Shown: piece by piece, positions 48,492-59,165 of the stretch
Layout of the letters: every line of letters begins with the position of its first letter
How positions within the stretch are numbered: position 1 is the first letter of the stretch
Assembly: GCA_022605425.2 (NCBI GenBank)
Contig: CM061247.1
Location: 1,488,001 to 1,552,000 of the forward strand
DNA: 64,000 bases
Source of the DNA: Hamiltosporidium tvaerminnensis FI-OER-3-3
Taxonomy: Eukaryota > Fungi > Microsporidia
Direction of reading: 5' to 3'
Notes under the pieces: model-generated
The model's input: only the letters and a program-made list of their open reading frames with translations
Databases searched by the model: none
Told to the model about the DNA's origin: nothing
Program-made: the position numbers and the translations under genes

Positions 48492-51400
48492 TTATATTTT
48501 TATATACTTTAGACTTAGAATTAAACTTAAAAAATATTCTTTTTTTATGATCGTTTCTTTACAAAAAATATCATTTAAATCAATTTGAAATAAATTTTTA
48601 TCAAATATTCTTTTATCTTTAATTTTTAACGTTTCTTTAAACAAAAATAAATATTTAAATTTAAGCAACAACTTGAGTTGTTCATAATTTCTTTCTTTTT
48701 TTAGACATAAAATTTGTGTTTCAAGAATATTTTCACAGTGTTTTATAATATAATAAATTTCTTTTTTAGAAAATTGTGTATTTGAAAGATTATTTAAAAT
48801 AAAATAGAAAGTAAATAAATCTGTACTTTCTATAATTTCAAATATATTATCTATAAAAAGTATTTTATGCTTTTTTGTTTTGATGTGTTGAAATATTGTT
48901 GGTATAAAAATATTATTTTGTGAAAAATTCATTCTTTTTTCAAAATATGAATTCAAATAGGAAATAAATATTTTAAAATTTGTAATTATAATTTTTCCGT
49001 ATCTAACAGTTATATCTTTGATTGTATTTTTTTTGAAGAAAATACAACAATAAAATAAAAATTCTGAAATGATCATTTGTGGTAAAATAGCACCTGAAAT
49101 TAGACCGATGTATAGTAGTTGGAAACAAATGTGTGATAGAGGTGTTGATTTGATAAGTAAATTTTTAAAAATATGCATCTTTGAAGAAATTATACAAAAA
49201 TAGATTTCGTTTGAGGACGGAGGTTCTTCTGTATTCGATGACAAAAATTTATTTTGAAAATCTTTTTGTTGATTTAAAATTATATTTCTTTCTGTTTTTA
49301 AAGTTTTATTACTCTTAGAAATATTTTTAAATTTTTTTTCATTTATTTGATGATTCAAACTCTTTTTCAATTCTCTTTTCAATATTTTTAGTAAATAAAT
49401 AAAATATATTTCATCTTCGATTTTTATGGATTTTTCCATTTTGTCTAGAAATAATCGAATACATTTTTCATAAATAATTATTTCGTTTGGATATAAATTT
49501 AAGTATAAAACAAGCCCAAACATACTATTTTGTATTTTATCCTTAAATCTTTTATCTCCAATACTACAAAGTACAAGAAAATCTCTTCTATTTGGTGATA
49601 TATTATATTTCTTAAAATGGAAATTGTAAAATTCTTTATGAAATCCTAAAATATTTAACAAAATACCACATTTTTTGGTAAATGGTTCAATAAAAATCAT
49701 TTCTTCTAAATAGATTTTTAATTTTGCTTTGAAACAAAAATTTATATTATTTTGTGAAAAAATATTAATCAATATCCCAATAATATTATTATAATAACCA
49801 ATATGTTTCTTTTCAATGACTTTTATTCTAGTTTCAAATATATTTATAATTTCAGGTAAATAAATAGAAAATTCATTAGAATGATATTTAGAATATCTTT
49901 TTACCAAATATGATAAATTAAATGTGTGAGTTTTTAAAAATAAAATTATTTCATAAATTGGCAATTCAAAATATTTTACAATATTTTTAAAATCATGACT
50001 TATATAAACGGCTGTAAATATTTTCAAAGTAGTAAGATCTTTAAGAATCTTTTTCAATTTCAAAGATTTTAAAACAGTTTTTCGTTTTTTTGTATCACTT
50101 AAACAATCGAAATACCATTTAAATATCAAAGAACAATTTTTTCTTTCCATTAAATAAATTAAAAGTTTTTTAAAAATCTTTTTTAACAAATTCGTTCCAA
50201 TATTAGAATTTCTAATATTCATAATAAATTCAAAAAGTTTTTTATAATTTAAACTTTCTAAAATATCGAATGTATATTCTAATAAAATATTATAAGAATT
50301 ATTTTTTTTGGAATTTTCAGGAGAAATCGAATTTTTCAAAACATTTTCTTCTTGGTTTATATTTTCTTTAAATTTATTGTTTTCACTTTTATTGATAAAT
50401 TTTATCAATACCCCAATAATATATATTCTATCGGTAAAAGTTAAAAACCTAATTTGACATCCTTTTGAAAGACTTCTAAATGATTTTATCAAACAAATTC
50501 TTTTTTTTATAAACGATGTAAGTAATAATACAAGTCTTGTAGAAAAATATTGTATTGTTTCACAAATACCCTCTGTTTTCAAAATATAACAATAAAATAT
50601 TTCTTCTTCGACTGTAAAATTGTTTCTAAGATTTTTTTTCTCATTTTTTATCATTAAAAAAGATTTTTCAAAATAAATATCAAAAATATCAAATATTTTA
50701 CTTTGATTGTTTCTGTTTTCAATAAAATACATAAAATTAGATAAAAATATATTTAAAAAATAAAAAATAATTATTCTTGAAAAACAATTTGTATCAAACA
50801 CACAAATAATATTTTTTAAAAATTCATAAATATCAAAATTATCAGAAATAAATAATTTTTCATTTTCAATTAAATTATTCTGATCAATAAATTTTTCTTT
50901 AAATGTAATTCTATTAAATAATACATTCATTATATAATTAAGTTCGTCTTCCATAATTTTATTATTTTTAAAAAATCGAGTTTCAATTATTTTTAAAATT
51001 AAAAAATCTTTAAATGGTAATTTACAGATTGTAAAATTATTAATTGATGAATATTCCATAACGATTACATCTAAAATGGTTTTTGTAAGCTCAAAACTAG
51101 ACTTACACAATTCTATAATAAAATTTAAGGATAAAATCTTTATACATTGATTTGTGTTACAAGCTATAGAAATAATACTTACTAAGAAATTCCATGTTTT
51201 TTCTATAAAAATTTTATCGTCTTTCTTTTTTGAATATAAAAATTCTAAATTTTTTAAGATTTTTTCTAAAAATTTATTATCATTTGAATTCAAAGAAATG
51301 CTTTTAATATTTTTTTCTAAATTTTCTAGAACTTTATAAATTATTTCAGGTTTTATAAGAGAATCTGATATACGGAAAAATAAAATAGCAATTAAAGATT

Positions 51401-52280
51401 TTGAAATATTTAAATCATTGGGATTTGATTCTATTTCATTCAAATAAAAGTTTTTTAAATCCAAAGATATTTCGCCATTATTTTCTAACAAATTTTCTAA
51501 TTTTTTAAGAATGACATAATTATCTTCTTTTCTTACCTCTTCTTCTTTATTTTCTAACTTAGTATGAAAAAAGTTATTTTCGCTTTTTCTTAATTCTTCT
51601 TTATTTTCTAATTTCGTGAGAATAAAATGATTGTTGGTTTTTTTGTCTTCGGTTTCTTTATTTTCTATTGAATTTTCCAAAAATACTTCGTTATTTTCTA
51701 ATTTCGTGAGAATAAAATGATTGTCAGTTTTTTTGTCTTCGGTTTCTTTATTTTCTATTGAATTTTCCAAAAATACTTCATTGTTTTCTTGTAATTTAAA
51801 ATCTTTTTCTTTACTTAAAAGATTTCCATAATAAATATTTACATTATTTATTGTTTGTTTGACAGTTTTTTTACAAATTAATTTTTCGACTCTTTCAATA
51901 CATTCTTTGTATAAAATATACGAAGGATAATATTTTCTATTATTTATAACCGAGGCATCTGCTTTTTCTGTCCCATTGTACTGCATTTTTTGTATTTTTT
52001 TTGGTAAATCTTCGGATTCAAATATTTTGGAAAGATCAGAACATAAATTATCGCTATTTTCTTCATAAAAGGCATCAACATTATCCACTAAATTTTTAAT
52101 AAATTCAAAACCACGAAGTGTAGGTTGTGTTTCTAATATTTCATTTTCAAATTCATATACATAACCGTCAAAATCCTGTAACTCAGGTGTATGGAATTTA
52201 TAGTCATCAATTATTGTTTCCAATAGTTTTTCTTCCTTAGATTGCATAAATTTATTATGGGAGATATTTTTTTTCAGCAT
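48492..52280 (-). CDS. Large helical protein, probable cohesin loader Scc2/NIPBL
   Basis: About 1260 aa from the first ATG (52280). CFQLLYIGLISGAILPQMIISEFL resembles NIPBL ALNVIALTLNQGLIHPVQCVPYL at a similar C-terminal position. Coding status is strong; identity is tentative. Confidence 0.55.
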   Translation of the reverse strand: MLKKNISHNKFMQSKEEKLLETIIDDYKFHTPELQDFDGYVYEFENEILETQPTLRGFEFIKNLVDNVDAFYEENSDNLCSDLSKIFESEDLPKKIQKMQYNGTEKADASVINNRKYYPSYILYKECIERVEKLICKKTVKQTINNVNIYYGNLLSKEKDFKLQENNEVFLENSIENKETEDKKTDNHFILTKLENNEVFLENSIENKETEDKKTNNHFILTKLENKEELRKSENNFFHTKLENKEEEVRKEDNYVILKKLENLLENNGEISLDLKNFYLNEIESNPNDLNISKSLIAILFFRISDSLIKPEIIYKVLENLEKNIKSISLNSNDNKFLEKILKNLEFLYSKKKDDKIFIEKTWNFLVSIISIACNTNQCIKILSLNFIIELCKSSFELTKTILDVIVMEYSSINNFTICKLPFKDFLILKIIETRFFKNNKIMEDELNYIMNVLFNRITFKEKFIDQNNLIENEKLFISDNFDIYEFLKNIICVFDTNCFSRIIIFYFLNIFLSNFMYFIENRNNQSKIFDIFDIYFEKSFLMIKNEKKNLRNNFTVEEEIFYCYILKTEGICETIQYFSTRLVLLLTSFIKKRICLIKSFRSLSKGCQIRFLTFTDRIYIIGVLIKFINKSENNKFKENINQEENVLKNSISPENSKKNNSYNILLEYTFDILESLNYKKLFEFIMNIRNSNIGTNLLKKIFKKLLIYLMERKNCSLIFKWYFDCLSDTKKRKTVLKSLKLKKILKDLTTLKIFTAVYISHDFKNIVKYFELPIYEIILFLKTHTFNLSYLVKRYSKYHSNEFSIYLPEIINIFETRIKVIEKKHIGYYNNIIGILINIFSQNNINFCFKAKLKIYLEEMIFIEPFTKKCGILLNILGFHKEFYNFHFKKYNISPNRRDFLVLCSIGDKRFKDKIQNSMFGLVLYLNLYPNEIIIYEKCIRLFLDKMEKSIKIEDEIYFIYLLKILKRELKKSLNHQINEKKFKNISKSNKTLKTERNIILNQQKDFQNKFLSSNTEEPPSSNEIYFCIISSKMHIFKNLLIKSTPLSHICFQLLYIGLISGAILPQMIISEFLFYCCIFFKKNTIKDITVRYGKIIITNFKIFISYLNSYFEKRMNFSQNNIFIPTIFQHIKTKKHKILFIDNIFEIIESTDLFTFYFILNNLSNTQFSKKEIYYIIKHCENILETQILCLKKERNYEQLKLLLKFKYLFLFKETLKIKDKRIFDKNLFQIDLNDIFCKETIIKKEYFLSLILSLKYIKI
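51601..51790 (-). repeat. In-frame 90-bp (30-aa) tandem duplication in the Scc2-like gene
   Basis: ENNEVFLENSIENKETEDKKT(D/N)NHFILTKL occurs twice. Confidence 0.9.
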
Positions 52281-52679
52281 AAAAACTTCTATATTTAAAA
52301 ATATAATGGCATATATAAAAAATAAGAAAATTATAGAATTTAATGCTTCATGGTCAGTAATATCTGATGAAAATATACAAATATAATAAGATTTTATAAT
52401 CCTCAGGATTAATTGTATCGAACGGAATTTAAATTTTTTTATAATCAGAACCAACTATTTTATTTTATAAACAGCTTTTTTTGTCCAAACATGCAACTAA
52501 AATAAATTTATGAACAATTAAAATAGTTAGAAACTATTTAAGAAAGATTTAATTCAAACTCTATTTATCACAATAAGTTACAAGTATAAAAAATAAATGT
52601 AAAAGGTTTAATTCGAACCCTATTTATTGTAAGAAATAAATTGGTAAAATAAAACCAGAATAGTAGAGCTTATAAAGAT

Positions 52680-53600
52680 GGAAAATGCTAATAAAACTAA
52701 TCTTGAACTAAGAAAAGACTTTTTACAATTTAAATATAAGTTGGATGAAACAGTCAAAAAGGAAGAAATTTAGAAAAGGCTTATCTAGCTAAATTATATA
52801 ACGAAATAGAAAATCGAAATCTTCACTCAAATTTATATAATGCAAGAAAAAATAACACTGTGTGTGTTAATGACTCTTCAAGATGGTTAAAGAAAGGAAA
52901 TTTAGGATCACTTATTGAATTTTTTTCTGCTATGTCCAACATAGAAATGTATAATGTAGTTCAGAAAGTTTCTAAAAATACCACAATAAGTCTAGTAAAA
53001 CTGTAGATCATTTGGAAAATAAATATAGAAAATATTGAGGTATGGTTATAAGAGATAATGCACTAAAGGGGTTCGGTTTCTAGATTTACACTTTTCAAAT
53101 AAATACTTTAACTACAAAAATAATTAGGAGTCTCTCTGTTCAAGAAATTTTTGAATATGAACATTCTAAAGAGGAATTGGCATATTTATGAAAAGGATGT
53201 AAAATTTACGATAAAAAATTTGATTGAATATTTATTCAAGAGTTGCCATCCGACCACACTTATTTAAAAGAAATACATTTGTATGGTCCACTTCGAATAG
53301 TAAAAATTGAAAAATTACGAAGTAAGTGCTATTAGTCTATGAGTCAGGTCTTTTTTATAAATTTAATGTAAAAAATTCCTTTCTAATAACTTGGGATAGT
53401 ATTATAAACAATACCCATAAAAATACCTTGGAAATCTCTTGATACGAATAAGCATATAGGTATATTATATTCGATAGTACTCAGAAGACATTCGAAACCA
53501 TTTACTTTGCTCGATGGAAAAAATATGAGTGAATACCAAACCTGGAAAGGGTTAGGGGAAAACTATTGAGTTTTATACAGGGAGTCGAAATTAACGAATA
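52680..53600 (+). mobile_element. 3' remnant of an R4/Dong-like RLE retrotransposon
   Basis: LYNARKNNTVCVNDSSRWLKKGN...CYVQHRNV, KTVDHL and ITWDSII, homologous to 27150-27950. Confidence 0.7.
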
Positions 53601-53837
53601 CTGGTCATTTAAATAGAATAACTAAGTAACGAGGAAGATGATGTTAAAAAAATAAAACCTAAATTTTTTTCGAAATATTTTTTATGAGGAATCGAGCATA
53701 AATAAAAATAAAGAGACTATTACTGAAGATAAAACAATAAGGGTTAAATAGTTAAGAAAATTGGTTTAATCCCAAATAAATTAAAGAGTCTCATAAAATC
53801 TTATAAATCTGAAAGCAAAGGAATACCGAGTTCACTT

Positions 53838-55148
53838 TTAGCAATAATTTTGCTTTATTGCCGATATTAAAAATGAAAGTATTGTAAAAATTATTAAAAT
53901 AATATTATAAATAATAATTCTACTGTTTTTTGTATTTCTACTCGAAAACAATAAAATTAAAGTAAATAAAATCAAACATAATGCAGATAAATTAAGAATA
54001 TAAAGATGTTTTGGAAATGGAGTACCCAAAATAATATTCAAACCTAAATAAAAGTAAAAAACGATGACTGATAGTGTACTTATAACTGCCATAAAGGTGG
54101 TTAAAAAAAGTTTTAAATTTTTAAAAAACGATAAAAATTTTAGATTTTTTCTTTTTTCGGAGTTTAATAGCCCAATGACACCCTTTTCCGGATCCAAATT
54201 ATTTCCAGTTGCATTTCTAATTGTTGATGTTTTTTCGGTGTTTAATAGCCCAATCACACCATTTTCCGTGTCTAAATGATTTCCAGTTGCATTTCTAATT
54301 GTTGGTGTTTTTTCGGTGTTTAATAGCCCAATCACACCATTTTCCGTGTCTAAATGATTTCCAGTTGCATTTCTAATTGTTGGTGTTTTTTCAGTGTTTA
54401 ATAGCCCAATGACACCATTTTCCGTGTCTATATGATTTCCATTCGTTTGGTTTTCCAAATTAATCCCTGTTAAACTTTCTACTAGAAGTGCAGAACGTTC
54501 GTAAGTCCTAGCTTTTTGTACTTCGGATAACTCTTTCCCAAGAGGCTCTTCGATTCTACTTTTTGTTCCCAATACATGTAAAAAACTAGAACATCTATCT
54601 AACGACTGTGTCTGATAACCAAATGAATTCCTATTTGTAAATGATCTTTTTCGAACTTGACGAATCAAACCAGGTTTACTAAATAACATAGTTTCATAAA
54701 TAGAATTACTTTTATGATATTCTGATCTATCTGTAGAATTAGTTCGAAGCATCTCTATTTTTTGCGGTCCTGTACCAGAAATCATGTTGTTCTGCTTTTG
54801 GTAATTTGATTTTTCAACTTCATCAGTCACACTAATTGTTGATGGGGTTTTTTGCGCATTCTCATCTAAGATAAGACTTTGTTCACCACCAACATATTGT
54901 ATTAAATTCGCGCAGAGAGGTGTTTTTCCCTTTTCAATTTCAACTTGAGATAAATCATTTGAATTGCATCTTTTAACTAAATTATGATCGTCTAATTCTT
55001 CATCTATTTTTTCAAATTCAACATATGTTGGTTTTTCGTAAAAGACATTTGTCTCATCTTTTAAACCTACTCTATTATTCTCTATATCACTTTTTCCGTC
55101 TTCTTCACTTTTGGTTTCTCTTGTTCGTATTTTTACGTGTTTTAACAT
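53838..55148 (-). CDS. Hypothetical membrane protein with three C-terminal TM helices and 26-aa repeats
   Basis: 436-aa ORF with a hydrophilic N-terminus and three hydrophobic segments at the C-terminus. Confidence 0.8.
   Translation of the reverse strand: MLKHVKIRTRETKSEEDGKSDIENNRVGLKDETNVFYEKPTYVEFEKIDEELDDHNLVKRCNSNDLSQVEIEKGKTPLCANLIQYVGGEQSLILDENAQKTPSTISVTDEVEKSNYQKQNNMISGTGPQKIEMLRTNSTDRSEYHKSNSIYETMLFSKPGLIRQVRKRSFTNRNSFGYQTQSLDRCSSFLHVLGTKSRIEEPLGKELSEVQKARTYERSALLVESLTGINLENQTNGNHIDTENGVIGLLNTEKTPTIRNATGNHLDTENGVIGLLNTEKTPTIRNATGNHLDTENGVIGLLNTEKTSTIRNATGNNLDPEKGVIGLLNSEKRKNLKFLSFFKNLKLFLTTFMAVISTLSVIVFYFYLGLNIILGTPFPKHLYILNLSALCLILFTLILLFSSRNTKNSRIIIYNIILIIFTILSFLISAIKQNYC
54155..54445 (-). 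repeat. In-frame 78-bp (26-aa) tandem repeat, about 4 units
   Basis: NATGNHLDTENGVIGLLNTEKTPTIR units with a 78-bp period. Confidence 0.9.
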
Positions 55149-55800
55149 AATTGCTTATTTTTTTTTCAACATTTTTATATTTAAAAATTCATTTTTTAAA
55201 AAAATTTCTATTTATAGTATATAATCAATTATAATTTTATTGCTAATTATTCGAATTTCTATTTTAAGAATTAAAAATGTTTTTTTTTAAATTCTATTTT
55301 ATTGTAAATAACCTTATGAATTAAAAATTGATTTTTATAAAAAAAATTATAATGTTTAAAACATATTATCGTTAAAGAAATTAATTTTTAAATTTTTTTT
55401 TAAATTCTATTTTACGAAATAAATAATTTTACAACATGATGTTCGTAAATAAATATTTTTTTTCAATTTATTTTATTAAATAAATTTAGTAAATTGTATT
55501 GAAATAAATACCAGATTAATAACTTGAAAATCATTTGCTTTATATATTCTTCTATTATATTAAGGATGTTTATATTCATTTTTTCTTATGAATTTTATAA
55601 AAAGTTTTATTCTTCAAATATAATTATTATTTCTACAATTAGAATCACACAATTTATTTAAAAAAATTATTTTTCGATTTTGTTTGATTTCTTCATATTT
55701 TTATTCAAAAAAAATATCAAATAAAATATTTAAAAGAATAAATTTGATCAATTATATCTGTCATTTTAAATATTTAATTAATCAAAATCTCAGTTTTTAT

Positions 55801-56520
55801 TTAAAAATATCTTTCGATGACTTCTTCAAGTTTATTATAACTTTTTAATTTTTTATATTCACACAGTAACTTTCCACTGTCAATAAAATTAAACATTTCT
55901 ACTTCAAATTCAAGAAATCCAAAAAAAATTAAATTAAACTGTTCAGCCACCAAACTACCACCTTTACACGAATATATTTTATTGACAGTGCCGCATTCAT
56001 CACAGACAAGTCCAGACATATTTTCTACTAATCCAATAATTTTAATATCTGCACCGATACAGAAATTATATGCAGCTATCACACCATTCAAAGCCAAATT
56101 CTGTGAAGTTGTGACCAACACAGCTTCAAAATCTTTTCCAATTAAAAAATTATGCTCCTCTGATATACCAGGTGGCATATCAACTACAACAAAATCATAA
56201 TCTTTAAAAAATCGAGAATTGTAAAACATTTCAAGTAAAATATTTTTTTTTGGCCCGCGCCAATTTACTGAATCGCTTTCTTTAATCATAAATGCCATCG
56301 ACAAAATATCTAAATTTTCTGCTAATTTTATCGGTATAAATCCATTTTCATTTTTCTTTACCTTTCCAGAAACACCGAACGGAAATATCAGTGATGGTCC
56401 ACATATATCAAAATCTAAAAGTAATACTTTATATTTTTCTTGTAATATACATGCTAATAAAGAAGTAAAAGATGTTTTACCAACACCACCCTTCCCACTC
56501 ATAATAGCTATTTTTCTCAT
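55801..56520 (-). CDS. CFD1: Cytosolic Fe-S cluster assembly P-loop NTPase Cfd1 (Mrp/Nbp35 family)
   Basis: Motifs SGKGGVGKT, DFDICGPS, VNWRGPKK, DMPPGISEEH and ENMSGLVCDEC. It lacks the N-terminal 4-Cys extension of Nbp35. An aaggg motif precedes the ATG. Confidence 0.88.
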   Translation of the reverse strand: MRKIAIMSGKGGVGKTSFTSLLACILQEKYKVLLLDFDICGPSLIFPFGVSGKVKKNENGFIPIKLAENLDILSMAFMIKESDSVNWRGPKKNILLEMFYNSRFFKDYDFVVVDMPPGISEEHNFLIGKDFEAVLVTTSQNLALNGVIAAYNFCIGADIKIIGLVENMSGLVCDECGTVNKIYSCKGGSLVAEQFNLIFFGFLEFEVEMFNFIDSGKLLCEYKKLKSYNKLEEVIERYF

Positions 56521-56725
56521 TTGAACCCTTCTTCACGCCAAAAGTTAAAAAAGTTATAAAAAATTTTAAAAATTCTGAATTGAAAGTTATAAAATATTTG
56601 AATTACAAATTTTTATATGAAAATAATAAATTAATTCAAATTTTTAAAATTTTAAATCTATTTGAATCTTATAAATATTTTATATTCAAACCAGTAAATA
56701 TAAAGAATTAAATCAAAAGAAATAT

Positions 56726-56872
56726 AATTCAAAATAAAATCTTAAAATAAAATAAAATCTCAAAAGAAAATAAAATCTTAAAAGAAAATAAAATCTTAAA
56801 AGAAAATAAAATATTAAAATAAAATAAAATCTAAAGAAAATAAAATCTTAAAAGAAAATAAAATATTAAAGA
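56726..56872. repeat. AT-rich ~18-bp tandem repeat (aaaataaaatcttaaaag), about 8 units
   Basis: Directly visible, slightly degenerate units between CFD1 and the small ORF. Confidence 0.8.
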
Positions 56873-56912
56873 ATATTTAATCTAAAGAATCTCTTAAAAA
56901 ATATTTTTTTAA

Positions 56913-57110
56913 TTACAAATTTCCTTTATAAAAAACTTTAGGTTTTTGTAATTTACTTGTATTATCTCCCATATTACTAAGTATAGGTGAATTACTAATA
57001 AATCTACTTTTAATATTATTTTGTATATTTATTAATACATTTGTGTCTTTATAGTTTCTAAATATATTTTCTTCTATTTGACAGACTCTGTTGTAAATCC
57101 AATTTGGCAT
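56913..57110 (-). CDS. Small hypothetical protein, 65 aa
   Basis: ATG is immediately preceded by ttcctttccc (microsporidian CCC motif) with an AT-rich upstream region. It lies head-to-head with CCT7 in the gene-dense block. Confidence 0.55.
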   Translation of the reverse strand: MPNWIYNRVCQIEENIFRNYKDTNVLINIQNNIKSRFISNSPILSNMGDNTSKLQKPKVFYKGNL

Positions 57111-57427
57111 GGGAAAGGAATTCTAAGGAAATAAAAACTATTTTGAAATAAAAAATATTTTGAGATAAAAAAACGGTTAGAAAAATATAAATTTATTAGA
57201 AGAAAAAGGAAGAAATTTATTTTAAATACTGAAATTTATTTTAAATACTGAAATTTATTAGAAAAAAAAATTTTATTAGAAACGAGAAAATGAAAAAAAA
57301 AATTTTTGAAATACAAAACTATGAATAAAGAAAATATTTGAAATACAAAATATAAAAAACCAAAAATTAAAATAAAAACCTTCATTTTAAAAATAAAATA
57401 TATTTTAAATTTTTCGTTACCCCAGAA
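57111..57427. promoter_or_regulatory. AT-rich bidirectional promoter region with a CCC motif at each end
   Basis: cccATG on the minus strand for the small ORF, and ttaccccagaaATG on the plus strand for CCT7. Confidence 0.5.
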
Positions 57428-59017
57428 ATGAACGTACACGAATGTAAAGACACACGTGAAGGAAAGCCACATATTTTACAAAACATAAATACAATAACAA
57501 ACCTTGCTTCTCATTTAAAAACGACTCTTGGTCCGTTTGGTATGGATAAACTAATAAATGATCTTCTAACTAACGATGGTGCCACTATTTTAAAAAATAT
57601 TGTACGAGATAACGAACCGATATGTAAAATACTTCTTTCGGCTGTCAATTCTTTGGATAAAGAAGTTGGTGATGGAACGACAAGTACTACTTTACTTTCT
57701 TCACAGATACTTTCTTTACTTAAACCACTTGTACTTGAAAATTATCCAATTTCTACTATTTTGGAGTGTTTGAGTCAGGCAAGAAATGATATTTTGAAAC
57801 ATCTTGATTCTTTAAAACAGAAAGTAGATTCTTCTTTACTTTATAAAATTGCAGAGACATCTTTGACTTCTAAAATATTGAAATATCATAAAAAACATTT
57901 TGGTGAAATTGTAGTAAAAGCGATGTCGAGACCAAATATAGATTCTGTTTATGCAGATAGCAATATTAATTTAGATAGCGATTTTTATAAGCAAAGTGTT
58001 GTTATACCAAATATCTCAATTAAAAAAGTGACAGGTGGAAGCTTACAAGACTCGTGTCTTGTAAATGGAGTTGCATTTGCAAAGACATTTACATATGCAG
58101 GATACGAACAGCAACCTAAAAAAATAAAAAATCCGAATATTTTGTGCCTGAACGTGGAATTAGAATTGAAACCAGAAAAAGACAACTGCGAATTCAAGAT
58201 CGATAGCGTTTCTTCCTATAAGGACATGTTAGAAGGCGAGTACAAAGTATTTTTAAACAGACTTGATACAATCAGACAAACCGGTGCTAATGTAGTATTA
58301 AGCACCCTCAGTATTGGTGATTATGCTACTCAGTATTTTGCGAGACATAGTATTTTTTGTTGTGGAAGAGTCAGCGAAGAAGACGTAAAACGAGTTGTTG
58401 AATGTTGTGGTGGAGAAATAATCAGCAGCATAGAAAGTTTAAGAAATAAAAATAATGAAACGCAAATTCAAAGATTTATTGGAAAATGTGAATATTTTGA
58501 AGAAAAACAGGTTGGAAAATCGAGGTACAATTTTTTTGAAGGCTGTGAATTTGCAGCCACACTCCTTTTACGAGGACCAACGTTTGAAATGCTAGATGAA
58601 GTAGAAAGAAGTGTAATGGATGCTATCGGAGTTGTAAAGGCTGGTCTAACTTCCAAAGGAATAGTATGGGGAGGTGGAAGTTGTGAGATGAGCATCTCTA
58701 GATTTTTACGTGACCAAGGTATCAAACAAGGAGATTCGTGTATTTTTGTTTACATGGTTTTGGCACAGGCATTTGAAATAATTCCATTTACACTCGCATT
58801 AAACAGTGGAAACGATGGAGTTGAGGTGCTTGGTTTGCTTCGTGGTGAACATAATGAAGGAAAACACAGTGCAGGTGTTGGTGGCGATATGTCATTATTG
58901 GGTGTCGTAGAACCAGTGGAATTGAAAGAAGGTATTGTTAGGTGCGCTTTTAGTGTTGTAGAAACTGTTTTAAGAATTGATGGAACTGTTGTGGCGAAGG
59001 GGAAGGAACAAGGGTAG
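57428..59017 (+). CDS. CCT7: T-complex protein 1 subunit eta
   Basis: KTTLGPFGMDKL, TNDGATIL and EVGDGTTS, plus the eta-specific AFAKTFTYAGYEQQPK, LNVELELK and IGDYATQYFA. Confidence 0.95.
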   Translation: MNVHECKDTREGKPHILQNINTITNLASHLKTTLGPFGMDKLINDLLTNDGATILKNIVRDNEPICKILLSAVNSLDKEVGDGTTSTTLLSSQILSLLKPLVLENYPISTILECLSQARNDILKHLDSLKQKVDSSLLYKIAETSLTSKILKYHKKHFGEIVVKAMSRPNIDSVYADSNINLDSDFYKQSVVIPNISIKKVTGGSLQDSCLVNGVAFAKTFTYAGYEQQPKKIKNPNILCLNVELELKPEKDNCEFKIDSVSSYKDMLEGEYKVFLNRLDTIRQTGANVVLSTLSIGDYATQYFARHSIFCCGRVSEEDVKRVVECCGGEIISSIESLRNKNNETQIQRFIGKCEYFEEKQVGKSRYNFFEGCEFAATLLLRGPTFEMLDEVERSVMDAIGVVKAGLTSKGIVWGGGSCEMSISRFLRDQGIKQGDSCIFVYMVLAQAFEIIPFTLALNSGNDGVEVLGLLRGEHNEGKHSAGVGGDMSLLGVVEPVELKEGIVRCAFSVVETVLRIDGTVVAKGKEQG

Positions 59018-59165
59018 TAGAAAACAGGAATTTGATATTCTAGTGAAATAAAATATTTTTAATTTTTTTTTTTAAAATATTAATTAAATTAAAATTTAAA
59101 TCAGTAAGTAAATGTAAAAAGGGCCTTAAATAAATTAAATTTAACAAATTAGAACAATATGAAAT

